Shown: positions 1-11,599, counted from the whole stretch's first letter. The stretch: DNA of 54,457 nt, filler included, from Sluysia triapertura (GCA_046118255.1; 4 parts of 4 records of this genome joined end to end with filler, not necessarily neighbours in it); one strand, 5' to 3'. Notes: generated by a model not told the origin, from the letters alone. Numbers and translations: made by a program.

Positions 1-529
1 TAATGTTATTACTATTATTATAAATAATAATACACTACTTAATGTTCAGGGAGTATACCTAGCCGCAATTTACTTGGATATGTCTTAGATTTCAGTTGTT
101 TATTCTGGGAAACGAACTGCGGTAAAACTGGATCGTGTTTGAGATATTCTAGCAATGGTCTCAAGTACACTGTCCTTGGAACATTAGTAATCCCTATGGT
201 GATTGAATTACTAGTTCTTTCATACACTTTGTATGTTAAAAGAAAGTGAGATGTAATTAAAAGATAAATCTTTGTATTTTCATTTCGTATTATTTAAATA
301 AAATTGCAACATCGTTATAAAACATGGAAGTTGTTAATATCTATTGTTATGAATTAGAGCTCAGAGAAGTACCCAAATGAATAAGGTCCTGTGTCATCTA
401 AAGTGAGTTAATATAGTTTGAATGCAATATTTAGATAGAATCATCTGAAATCCGGGATTGGCCCATTATCAAGTATATGAAAAACCATTTATACTGACAA
501 TATTAATCCCACAGACAATTTTTGGCTAT

Positions 530-531
<2 letters not shown>

Positions 532-568
<37 letters not shown>
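532..568. repeat. (AAT)n microsatellite
   Basis: About 12 AAT units seen directly; explains the poly-N/poly-L ORFs at 458 and 526. Confidence 0.95.
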
Positions 569-759
569 CCTATCATTAAATCGAACAAAAAACCCACAAA
601 ATTTAAAAAGTCATTAAGGTATTTTAGCAGAATCAAACTAAGGCGTTCCAACTTATCACTGGTACTGCCTTTCCTCCAATTACTTCTGAGATTTGTAACT
701 ATTACAGTTGTGGCACTATTCCTCATTTGACTTTTCACAGCTTGGTACGCCGCAATACT

Positions 760-1680
760 TCTTAGACACTTACACTCATGACTCTATCACGAAACCTGAG
801 ATTATGGCTTTTTTAATAAAATCCTCTGCATTGAAAAAATGCCACGAACTTGGAAAACTTTTACTACTTTACTTGTCATCAAGAAATTATTGCATCAGTT
901 AATCACAGGAAATCGAAGAAATTTGAATTCTATATAATTTTCCTCGACCTTTCGGTTCTGTTTCTTACTAACTTATCTGACACACCTTATCCCTTAAGGG
1001 GCTGAAGTAGCACACGCTCATCTTCTTAGGGATCTTATTACTGAACCTATCAAATACGGGGTGAAACAAGGTTGCCCTCTCTTTATGACCCTTTTCTGCT
1101 TGGCTATCGACTATCAGTTTCACAAGTTCACCAACTCTCGAGAAGACTACATTTCAATTAGTTGAATGTCATTTTCTCCCTATCTAGCGGATGACATAGC
1201 ACTAATTTCTATCTCACGCAAGGACTTGCAGCGCATGCTTACTTATATTGTTGAGCATGCAAAGTCTATTTTTACTTTCACAATATTTTGGACACCAACA
1301 CCAACACTCCTATTATCAATATGAAGAGTGGTGGCAATACGATGTATCTAGGGGTTCCTTTTGATGAACGAAAAAACGCAATATAACCGATCTCCTTGAA
1401 GAAAACTTAGTGCTCGCCGAGAAAGTGAAAGATTCTACTCTAAGTTATTGGAACAAATTCCTCATGTTTCGCAACTTCATCCACTCGCGCTTACCATTTC
1501 ATATGCGCAATCTCAATATAAACAATCAACCTTTGCCGTCCTCACACCAGAGAATCCTGGAACTTTTCGGGTTTTATGAGAAAATCAAAAATCTCTTCAG
1601 GGCCTTCTTAGGTTTGAATACTGATAGACTGAATAAAGTAGAAAATGATCATTCTCTACTGAGGGTTACATAACTATCTT
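760..1680 (+). mobile_element. Degenerate non-LTR retrotransposon reverse transcriptase, probably R2-group (NeSL/Utopia-like)
   Basis: Manual translation gives ordered RT motifs across frameshifts: IIFLDL..FGSVS (~935-965), GVKQGCPL.MTLFCLAID (from 1058), YLADDIAL (1181-1204), YLGVPF (~1345), then STLSYWNKFLMFRNFIHSRL, which resembles the post-RT 'L.PWQK...LK.F..P.L' block of RLE-type elements. Clade is an inference. Confidence 0.75.
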
Positions 1681-2570
1681 AGTCCTATTGGCATACTTCT
1701 TATTACTGAATTTACTTCTACTATTTACCTATTGGTTTTCCTAATTTCTTTTTCAATCTCATTTTTCTGTATATATATTTCTTGCAAAGAATTCGCTTTG
1801 GAGGATTTCCTTCTTTTTACCTTAGATCTCTCCAATGCCTTATTCTAACCATACATATATACAGCTTACCTATGAGGTCTTCTTGTCTTTTCTATTACTT
1901 TATTCTCTTCAATTGTTTCATGGGACAATTTTGGAAAAACTTTTTACCCTGGTCTTTTCAATTTGGTGACCTTTCTCTAGGGGGTTTCCTTCCGTACTTT
2001 TATTTGTAAATATTGTACATACATTTTTCTTTTACCTATGCAATGTTTTCTCGGACATCCCTAATTTTTCCAAATTACTTTTCCTTTTTTTACCTACTAC
2101 CTGTTAATTTTTTCCTCTATTGCGTGTCCGTATTTATTTTATTTTAATTCATATTTTCTCTTCTGGGTGTTTTATTTTTGTAATAAATAAAAAACAAAAA
2201 CACAAATCAAATTCTTTCCCTTTTTATTACAATAACAACAATTTTCCACTTACCTTTTTATTTGTATTCTCCAGTTCCATCTTATTTTCCCGTTGCAGCC
2301 TTCTTTTCTTTATTTTAAATTTAATATTTGTCTTCTTTCATTATCCCTCATTTTCATTGTTAATATTTGTTTTATTGCTTTATGTATTTATATTTTATCA
2401 TCATCCCCTAGCCATTTCAATCATTTGAGTTGTGTGTTTGTGTACGATGGCATGATTGTAATCCTAAAAGTCATTGTCCATTACTTTTTATGTAGCAGCA
2501 GTATTGAACATTTCACCATGTGTTTGGAAAACACTAACAATCACATAATTACTTGATCCCCATTATTTAT

Positions 2571-3948
2571 AAGGTGGACAACAGATAATTTTTTTGTTTT
2601 ATTTTAATTAATTATTAATGATATTTATTTCTGATGTTCTTATTAGAAGCATGTATGAAAACAATTAAAATATTATTAAAATAAGTACTTAATTACTGCG
2701 CGATACTTGAATTAAAAAATAAAATGTGATTTTTACATGTAACAAAATTATAACAACACTACTCTAAAGTTTAATACATTAATTAATTAGTCAATTTTAA
2801 TCAATCAAAGGGAATAAGAGAAATTGGGCGTCGCATTAACAGAGTTGCAAGCACAATCAATCGATTTCTTCAAGATACCGAGAATTATGGCAAGAAAATA
2901 AGAAGAGGGCTGAAACCAAAGTTGACATCGAGAGACAAAAGGATCATTCTTCGTGACATCACTGATAAAAATATGTCTCCAAAACAGATTAAATTGGTCA
3001 ATCAGCTTCCTTATTCAATAAGAACTGTCCAAAGGCAACTTCCAACACTTAAGATATGAGAAGAGGAAGCCCAAACCAAGTGTCGACACGGGTCACCTGG
3101 GCACAATTATACATATCATGGATTTTAAAATGGCATCAAATTATATTCAGTGGCGAGAAAAAATTTAATCTTGATGGCCTGATGGATGCCAGTTTTACAG
3201 GTATGACTTGAGGAAGAGTACGGAGTACTTCAAAAAACGTGGATTCGGAAGTGGTTCGGTGATGGTCTGGGCAGCATTTGGTTGGAATGGGAAAACAGAA
3301 ATTGTGTTCTTAGACGGTAAACAAAACTCACAGAAGTATATTCAAACACTCAATGACTTCCTCATCTCTGTAGCAGGTCAAACTGGAGGCCGAAACTTGA
3401 TCTTCTAACAAGACAATTGTTGAATTCATTGCTCCTCCTAGACAACTAAATGGTTTGAAGATAACCAGATTCGGGTTTTGAGTTGGCTATCTTGTAGCCC
3501 TGACTTAAACTCCATTGAGAATCTCTGGGGTTCACTCGTTCGGAAGGTTTAGCGGAATTGATGCCAATTTGACAATGTAAAGGATTTGAAAGCAGCCATT
3601 CTTTCTGCTTGTGAAGAAATTAGCCTTGAGGAAATGAAAAACCTAGTTAGCTCAATGCCTGAAAGACTTATTGAAGTCTTACAAAAGAATTGTGACTTTA
3701 TTGGCTATTAAAAAATTGTAATTTTAAAGTTAATTAATTAGTAAACTATGTGTTGTTATATTTCTGTCATACCCTAAAATTACTTTTTTTATTAAATGTC
3801 GTTTATGTAACAATTAAATATTTTTGTCATAATCAAATTAAAGGTTATAAACATTAATAAATTATATTAATTTTTAATAATTAATCAACAATTATTAAAT
3901 GAGATGCATTAAAAAACCTACTGTTGTTATATATCTGTCGTCTACCTG
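2571..3948 (+). mobile_element. Tc1/mariner (Tc3-like) DNA transposon with decayed transposase
   Basis: From ~2810: GIREIGRRINRVASTINRFLQDTENYGKK (Tc3-type HTH), [48 protein letters not shown], stop ~3710. Imperfect TIR: AGGTGGACAACAGATA (from 2572) vs the reverse complement of TATCTGTCGTCTACCT (3932-3947), 14/16. Inner repeats of the same site at ~2740-2760 and ~3750-3770. Confidence 0.9.
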
Positions 3949-3950
3949 AA

Positions 3951-4130
3951 TCATGTTTGGTAGTTATTCATGATGAAGGTTATGATGTTACAAAGTTTCT
4001 TGAACACCCTGGTGGTCATGAGGCTTTACTTGAATAATCTGGAAATTGTGCTACCTAAGAATTTGAAGATGAGAGTCATTCTAATGCAAGGACATTAAAG
4101 AAATCTTACAAAATTGGGCGAGTCAAGCTG
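3951..4130 (+). pseudogene. Cytochrome b5 heme-domain fragment, intronless, two in-frame stops
   Basis: SCLVVIHDEGYDVTKFLEHPGGHEALLE*SGNCAT*EFEDESHSNARTLKKSYKIGRV matches the b5 signature (VYDVTKFL.EHPGG..VL.E.AG.DAT..FED.GHS..AR....Y.IG). Confidence 0.85.
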
Positions 4131-4330
4131 AATACAAAGAAACAACAGATCGCTTCACTTCAACGGTTACTTTCGACGAAACAGATACATCAAGTTTTCT
4201 GAATAATTTTAAAAATATATTTTTTTATAATATCTTCATATCTTAGTTTATTTGTTTGTTACTATTATTAGTATTCAATTTTATTTTAATAATTCGATTT
4301 GTATTTATCATTTGTATAATGCATTATTAT

Positions 4331-4484
4331 TGTTAGACTTATTAAAATGGACTGCCCGGGTTCGAACCTGGGACATTTCGCTGCACAGTTTGATGCACAG
4401 TTTGAGTTATCAGCCCCGTCTAGCAATACTATTTTATTATAGTCAATATTACCATCATAGCACTTTCGGCCTTTTACTCCAACA
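4331..4484 (-). mobile_element. 154-bp TGTT...AACA element carrying a tRNA-derived sequence (copy 1)
   Basis: Begins TGTTAGAC, ends CTCCAACA, flanked by TTAT on both sides (4327-4330 and 4485-4488). B-box GGTTCGAACCC on the minus strand. Aligns end to end with 7392-7549. Confidence 0.85.
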
Positions 4485-4983
4485 TTATTAGTAAAGCAAA
4501 AGTTGGAGAATATAGAAAAGTTTTTTACTCAAAAGCCTGGGGCCAGTGAGTAATAAATGATTATTTATTTTTATAATTCTTAATCTTAAATTCGAATAAT
4601 ATTTATTAATTGCTTTAATAAAATAATTTAATTTTAATTTAGTCATAAATATACAAATTATAAATATTGTGTAATCAAACTTTAGGTAATTTTTTATTTT
4701 ATCGCTATAATGATAGAAATAAAGAACAAGATCTAGCGATCCATCTAATAATTAAAATTTAATAATATTAATAATAACAATAATTACTTTTAATTTTTAT
4801 TGATTTGACAAATTGGATTGTGTTAAAAGGTTTGTAGTAGCCATTTTATTACTCCAAAATCAAGCTATGCATCGGATCAGGAGCTACAAAAGACAGTTTC
4901 AAATTTAATCTCAACAGTTACTATGTCTTCAGTATCAGAATTTAACAAACATTTTTGATTTTTTAAGCATTAATATAGACAAT

Positions 4984-5120
4984 GATATAGATATTAAAAT
5001 TCGTAATGAATCACCTTTTATTTTTATTGTTTTTGATGATAAACATTATGCTCAAGATGCTGTACACGATCGTTATGATAATCATTTAGATGTATTTTCA
5101 GGAATTGAAATTTCTATTGA
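4984..5120 (+). pseudogene. SRSF1/9-like RRM fragment
   Basis: DIDIKIRNESPFIFIVFDDKHYAQDAVHDRYDNHLD aligns with SRSF1 RRM1 (DIDLK....PPFAFVEFED.RDA.DAV..RD.Y..DG); flanks are disrupted. Confidence 0.55.
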
Positions 5121-6309
5121 TTTTAAACGACTATTGATTTCTATAGTCGTCATAACTATGGAGATCTCAGATTTGATCACGATCTAGACAACAGACTTAG
5201 TATATACCAAATGTATATACCAAATTTTAATATTAGTAAAAGTGACCATTTAGTACTACACTAAATGTATGTACCAAAATCATTTAGATACTACTCATCC
5301 ATTCGTATTTATTACAATTATTATCGTAATATTGCTCGTATTCATAATTATAATAACATGAATTCTATCAATCAACATATTTATTATTCTATTCGTTATC
5401 ATTTATTATCAACACTTCCAGCTTTACTCGGCTCGTCAGACAATGTTTGTAAACGTCAAAATTTATCAAATTTTATATGTGTCATTAGTAAGCAATTTTA
5501 TTCTTTTGATTTTTATTCTGAAATTTTTGTCTAAAAGTTGTGTCGTATATAATAAATTAACCAAAACTTATTGTTTTATTTACCAATTTAATTTTGATAA
5601 AGTAAGGGTCTTTAAGACCCATTTTTATATTAAATATTTTAGTAATTTGTTAATTATATTATTAAAAATTAAAAATTTTATTTTCCTAAACGATAAAAAA
5701 GCTTTCATTAATAATCTTTCTTTCAAAATTTATAAACAACCAACAATACAACAATTTCAACATTTTATATTACAGCTATAAATAGACTGTTAATGTCACT
5801 AAATCAATAATTTTTAAACTTTGAAATTATATATTTGTGTAAATGTAGCGATTCACTATTTATAGTGTTTCTAAATAATGTTTTTAGTAGTTTTATAAAT
5901 AAAATAATGTTTAATAATTAAAACAATAATATTTTTTTAAATTAACATATTTTTTAATAATATATTTTTTAAATTTAATAATTTTTAATACATAAATACA
6001 TTAATAATTTTAATATTTAAATTTAATACATCAATAGTTCTAATATTTAAAATACCAAAAATAAAATATCAAAATAAAATATCAAATATACTTGATATAT
6101 TAATACGTAGGTTACAATTTTTTTATTATTTATTTATTATTACTTCAATTTTATTATTATTAATTTTATTTTAATATTGTTATTATTAGTATCATTATTT
6201 ATTATTATAATTATTAGCACATTATTCTCATTCTCATTATCAATTATCGTTGTTATTGGTTGTTATCATCATTAATTCGTCATATTACTTTAGAATGACA
6301 GTTTTGATT

Positions 6310-6430
6310 ATAAATTGCCACCAATGTTATGAAAATTTAATTTACAATTGTCATCAATTGACAGTTTTCGTTTGACACCAGTGTAGTGTTGACCAAGTGC
6401 TTTTCGTCAATTTTGTTGGCCAACCAACGA
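6310..6430 (+). repeat. Diverged copy of the paired inverted-repeat module
   Basis: Follows an ATT tract; shares TTAATTTACAA and TGTCA with the 10022 copy; has the IR GTTGACCAA...TTGGCCAAC; precedes a CCCH remnant. Confidence 0.4.
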
Positions 6431-6618
6431 GATATACAGTTTAGTATAATCTCAATTATTTGTGTACATGAGAACATATATACATACAAGTATATAATGC
6501 GAAATTTAATGTACTGACTCAATAAATAATTATTTTGAATGTAGTAATCAAACAAGCTGACGATTCAATTTATAGAACATCAACTAAGTATGTAAAACAT
6601 AATCACGATTTAGATCAT

Positions 6619-6699
6619 TATAAAACCGCACAATGTATGCACGGTATGTCGAATTTAGGCCTATGTCTTAGATATGGTCAACATTGCTCATAAGCCCAT
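6619..6699 (+). pseudogene. CCCH zinc-finger remnant (Cx9Cx6Cx3H), copy A
   Basis: YKTAQC-MHGMSNLGL-C-LRYGQH-C-S*A-H, with a TIS11-like YKT..C lead-in and one stop. Confidence 0.75.
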
Positions 6700-6819
6700 A
6701 ACGTCTCATTCCTCATAGGACAACAACGATTTCAATGCTAACCTGGATCGTATGTACAATCTTTTATCCTCATTACAAGCAAAATCAAGCACATCAAACT
6801 CTTCGATTAGTGAATGCAT

Positions 6820-7700
6820 TGTGGTGGCCAACCTATTTTCTTAATAAATTTTATTAAAAATTTACATTACATATTCTCAAAACACTCACCAAAAATATCC
6901 CTTTTACATAAGCTTTTGTTAACATAACATACACCATCAAAATTTACAAATTACATTCAAAAATTAACATAAAACAATAATAAAGTAAATCAGCACATCT
7001 TACATAAAACCATACTCTTAAACATTTTTACGTTTCCATATTTATCTTTTTTACATCCACTAAAAACATCTTCATCCGTTAAAATCAATTAAACCCACAA
7101 TCTCATAACAGTCAAACCACAAATATATTCAAAACCATCAATTTACATTAAAAAATTCATCTAAAATACTTTATTCTTCATTTCTTAACAATTCAAGAAC
7201 AATCACGTTCGAAATTAACTAACAGACATCTTCAAAGCAATCCAAACATTATAAATTCACGATATTTATCATTAAATCCTGACATCCAAACATGACTTTC
7301 TTTCAAAACACCAATGCACATTTACCACTCATTTTAACATTTATACTATCCTAAAGTACTTAAGTCATAACCATTTACACTTTAATGCATCTGTTAGACT
7401 TCGTAAAATAGACTGACTAGGGATCGAACCCGGGACTTTCGATGCGCAGTGCGAATGCTCTACCACTGAGCTATCAGCCCCGTCTAACAATTTCATTTTC
7501 AATATATTCAATTATACTACTTGGCACTTTTAGGCCTTTTACCCCAACACATCTTCAGTATAGGGAAGTCCCATAAAATTCATCACACTTCATCATATAA
7601 AAACATTTCATATATACACAGATCATTAAACAAACTACTAAACTCATTCAAAAAACAAACATAATCATTGCACATAATTATCATGAACTACTGCTATTAT
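6820..7700 (+). repeat. TG-initiated C/A-skewed leader of a dispersed element family
   Basis: Starts TGTGGTGGCCAACCTATTTTCTTAATAAATTTTATTAAAAA. Related ends on the minus strand at 27334 (TGTAGTGGTCAAC), 54285 (TGTGGTGACCAACCC) and ~48035 (AACCTATT..TTAACAAATTTTATTAAAAA), each followed by G-poor, C/A-rich sequence. Confidence 0.55.
7392..7549 (-). mobile_element. 158-bp TGTT...AACA element carrying a tRNA-Cys-derived Pol III unit (copy 2)
   Basis: CATC duplicated at 7388-7391 and 7550-7553. Minus strand 7481-7410 reads GGGGCTGATAGCTCAGTGGTAGAGCATTCGCACTGCGCATCGAAAGTCCCGGGTTCGATCCCTAGTCAGTCT, then ATTTT. Internal IR TGTTAGAC (7392-7399) / GTCTAACA (7482-7489). Confidence 0.9.
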
Positions 7701-8244
7701 TACTACAATTCAAATCGTATTAAACAATATATATAATGATTATTGTCATTATTGTTATATAATATTATTATCAAATAATAACTTTTATAATAAATTTTAC
7801 ATCAACATTAACAATGCCATTATTAATAAACATAATAACCACGTTATTGTTATCATTATTATTTCTTTTGTCCTTATTATCAATCTCTCTTCTTATTCTT
7901 TTATTTTTTCCAGTTTATACATTTATATATTTATGTATATATTTATTTTCGTACCGAGATTTACCATGCAAATCATTGATAAACCAGACTGCTCAGACTA
8001 ATCCACCCAAAACAAGTAATCACGTCTCAAATCGTTACTCGTGCGTCTTGAGTAAAATACTGCAAGGCCAACTATTTAATCATAATGTTTGCTGTCGAAT
8101 GAATCATTTATCAACAACATACGCCACATCGATGATGATTACGACAACATATTTATACCATCTTTTACACAAGATTACTAAGATTAATTCTAATTCGACA
8201 AATCAGAAATGCTGAAATTAATTTGAACCCTTCGAGCTACCGAC

Positions 8245-8490
8245 ACCGAAATGAGAAGTGTATCAGTTACTCTGAAGTCACTGGAATTAAGTGAATCCAA
8301 GGCTTCTGTGTGTGAAGAATTGTTAGAAATACAATTTCAGCAGTTGTCGGAGGACTTGGAAGTCGCAAATAAACGTTTAGAAATTGAAGAAAGTTGCTAC
8401 ACTATCTATACTAAAGAATTGGAACAGTTGGAAGATGGTACTGACTTAGAAAACGAAAAGGATAATCAATTGAAATTTGAATTAGACAGA
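8245..8490 (+). pseudogene. Tropomyosin C-terminal fragment, intronless and divergent
   Basis: EMRSVSVTLKSLELSESKASVCEELLEIQFQQLSEDLEVANKRLEIEES...KELEQLED...EK...ELD follows the tropomyosin pattern EL..V..NLKSLE.SE.KA..RE..YE.QI..L...L..A..RAE.AE......KE...LED.L..EK......ELD. Confidence 0.7.
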
Positions 8491-10021
8491 ATTCCAAGCA
8501 ATTTAACTTTTATTATAATCGTTTAAGAAAATCAAACATTTAATAAAATTATAACTTGATAAATAAAATATCGAAATTCCAAATTATTATTTTAATATTT
8601 TTTATACATACCATACGTGTGTTAAACACTTTATTTAATTTTGAAGTTCATTTTATTTAAATTTTGAATACTTTGTTATATTTTTAATATTTTTTTTCAA
8701 CGTTTCTTTTAGTTAGGTTTATCAATTTTTTGTATTACGCTTTATGAGAAATTTGAGCTACTTATTACAATAAATAGATTAAATTTGATAGTATTATCAA
8801 TAATACTTGACAAAATTTCAAGCTTATCGTTTATTGTAAGTATAGTTTTTGTAGCAGTTGTTATTATTGCTGGTTCTATATAAATTTTATGCATGTTAAA
8901 AATATTACTAAAAATAATATAAAAATTAATTACAAATTAAAAAGAAATCAATATTTACGATGTTTCTCATAGTCATGGTTAATTGTAGTTAACCATGACT
9001 TTAAATCACGTAATGTTTATATCGTTGTTATTTATTGCCTAATGTATATAATATATAATACGCCGGCCGAAAATTTGATATGCAACAATTGCAATGAACC
9101 ATCCAAACCTGACAATGTCACTACCGTCTCTAATTGTACGAGCTGTAGCAAGCGAATCATTGAATCTGTTCTGATGTAAAACGTTTTCGCATATCATCAC
9201 ATGGAGAGTATCCCATTGTCCGTCCTTCAGGGATTCTGGAAGATTTAAAACTGTCGAATGTGGCTACATTTCTGACTGAGGATTATTTTCTAAATCGTAA
9301 CTCCAGTGTTGAAAGCGTTTTTATATGTCTTTCTTCTATTTTATCTTTTTTTAATAAAAAAGGTTTTATTTTGTTGGTGTTAAAATATTATTCTTTAAAG
9401 GCCCTAAGCCTAGTTTGTTAATTCATAAATTTAATAGTTTTTAAATGTTTTTAAAATTAAACGTTAATTGTTGCTTTTTAATTAAATGTTTCATATTTCA
9501 CATTCAAAATATAAAACTAAATATTCATAAATATAATTCAGTAACATTTTTCAAGTAAAAGCGCCCCACATTCAGCTTGAAACATTATTTCATTCAGAAC
9601 ATTGAGGTATATTCTAACATCTACATAAAGCATTCATATTCTTTCAAAATATTTAACACCTAAAATTATTTTCACTTGAAATGAGCAGACAACATTAAAA
9701 TTTACACCGAAACGCCTTACGCATTATCCTACAACATCAGCGTCACTATTACACTTTGAAGTCTTATCCAGGACACTTAACATTAGGCTGAAGTATCATT
9801 AAGATTGGTAAATATATAAGAAAAATTAAAGATATAAGAAAAGATTGTGTTTCCTCTTTACTTTTAACTTTTAATGTTTAGAAATTAAAGAATAGAAAGA
9901 AAATTCATGTTTAATTTAGAGAACAAATAATTTATGTAATTTAATGATAATAATAATATTATATTATTATTATCATTACCATTTTTTAGTTTTATTTCTA
10001 ATTAAATTAATAAATTATTCA

Positions 10022-10188
10022 GTAACTACCACTACCAGTGGGCACTGCATTAATTTACAAAGATAGTCAATGTCACCACTGATAGTGGTTCACATATCAA
10101 TCATCCAGCTTTTGATCTTTATTATTGGTCGTCCAACCAGATTTAGTCTCATTACTATTTTTATATTCCTCTGGTTGGACGGCCAATC
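10022..10188 (+). repeat. Paired inverted-repeat module (IR-A + IR-B)
   Basis: ACCACTACCAGTGG (10028-41) / CCACTGATAGTGGT (10076-89); ATTGGTCGTCCAACCAGA (10124-41) / TCTGGTTGGACGGCCAAT (10170-87), 28-nt spacer. Homologous to 36977-37142 and 47108-47422. Confidence 0.9.
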
Positions 10189-10281
10189 AGGTTGATAATT
10201 GTAATAAAATTATAATTATTTTAAAATTTTTTATTATTATTGCAAAAGGAGAATAACATTAGAAATAGCTATTTTACATCA

Positions 10282-10810
10282 ATGGATATTTCTATGTCTT
10301 CATAGAGTACTGGTTATGATTTTTCTGAAAGTCATGATTTCCATTTAAAATCATTATTAAACCATTATTCCATTCAAGATGATAATTACAAATTTAATGA
10401 TAATAAAGGTTACGACTGCAAAGTTGAAGATTATAAACATGATGATTATAAAGAGTATAATGGCATATCTAACAATTCTAAACTTAATGATTACAAAGTT
10501 GATGATTATAATTGCAAAACTAACGAATATAAAGATGATAATTATCAAACTAACAATGATGAAGATGATGATAGCGAAGTTAACAATAATAAAGATAATG
10601 CTTACGAACTAAATGTTTATAAAATTAATGATTACAAACTTAGCGATGATAAAAATAATCATTACGAATTTAACGATTATAAAAATGCTAATTTATCTGC
10701 AACTAGACAAATGTGATTTCCATTTGTATATTCTCTACCGACAACAATGGATATGCCTAATGCACGGAATATACTGCCGCTACGCACATTCCGTTTACGA
10801 ATTAGAATTT
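10282..10810 (+). pseudogene. Decayed ORF: N/D/Y/K-rich repeats followed by CCCH remnant (copy B)
   Basis: ATG at 10282 with an early stop. The frame from 10378 to ~10715 is open and repeats NDYK-like units. C-LMHGIY-C-RYA-H-SVYEL starts at 10754. Confidence 0.6.
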
Positions 10811-11599
10811 AACAAAGAAAGCGAAACAAATTAAAATCACCTTAAACACAGAATTGTATAATTACTCGAGAGTATTGGAGTTACCTCGTCCAATTCGACT
10901 GGCAATAGTTATAATGATCAATAACCATAAAGTAAACAATTTTTACATTCACATTCTTAGTATTATGAATTCTTATTTTTTAGATGCTGAAACAGATAAA
11001 AGAAAAGTCATACATAGGAGCCAAAATTTTAAATTAAAAATCATAACGAATACATTTTTATGCAATTTTCGTCGTCTTTTCATTATTCAAAAGTTAATTG
11101 TACAATTTAATTTTCAAAATTCAAAATAAATACTTCTAATCTTGTTTAATAATATTATTAGTAAATGTAAAACAAAATACAAATTAAATTTTAATTTTGA
11201 TATAAAAATAAATAAACATTATAAGTCACACATGCATAAGTCTTTTTAATAACGATGATCGCGATTCAGACGATCCAAATACAAATGACAATACGAACCT
11301 TTGAGGTAAATCTCTTTATTTTGAAATTTTTATTTAATCACCATAGGATTATCATTCAACGCATAGTTTATGGCTTACTAAAACATAAGTCAATTATCAT
11401 TTTTATCCTATAAATTAATGTACAATAATGTGTTGATCAATCTTGTTTATGTCATAATAAATAAACATATTAGATTTCACTTTGCGAATTTTTATTCTAA
11501 CCAAACAGTAGAGAGAATAAATAAAGTTGATAAATTATTAAATTTATTAACAAATTAATCGATAATATAATATTTAATAATGTAACATTTTGTAATCTC

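Noticed and set aside
39-227. ORF with LRPLLEY, like the LINE RT C-terminal RP.LEY motif
   Set aside because: One short motif with no other motifs in the right order.
1782-2556. Hydrophobic ORFs resembling membrane proteins
   Set aside because: Products of T-rich low-complexity DNA; the same applies to most short F/I/L/N/K-rich ORFs in the track.
7410-7481. Functional tRNA gene (Cys, or Arg-GCG)
   Set aside because: Bulged anticodon stem, mismatched T-stem, altered anticodon, and it lies inside a TSD-flanked repeat.
10022-10188. IR modules as a CRISPR array or integron attC sites
   Set aside because: Eukaryotic context, inverted rather than direct repeats, no cas or intI, and no clear RYYYAAC/GTTRRRY boundaries.
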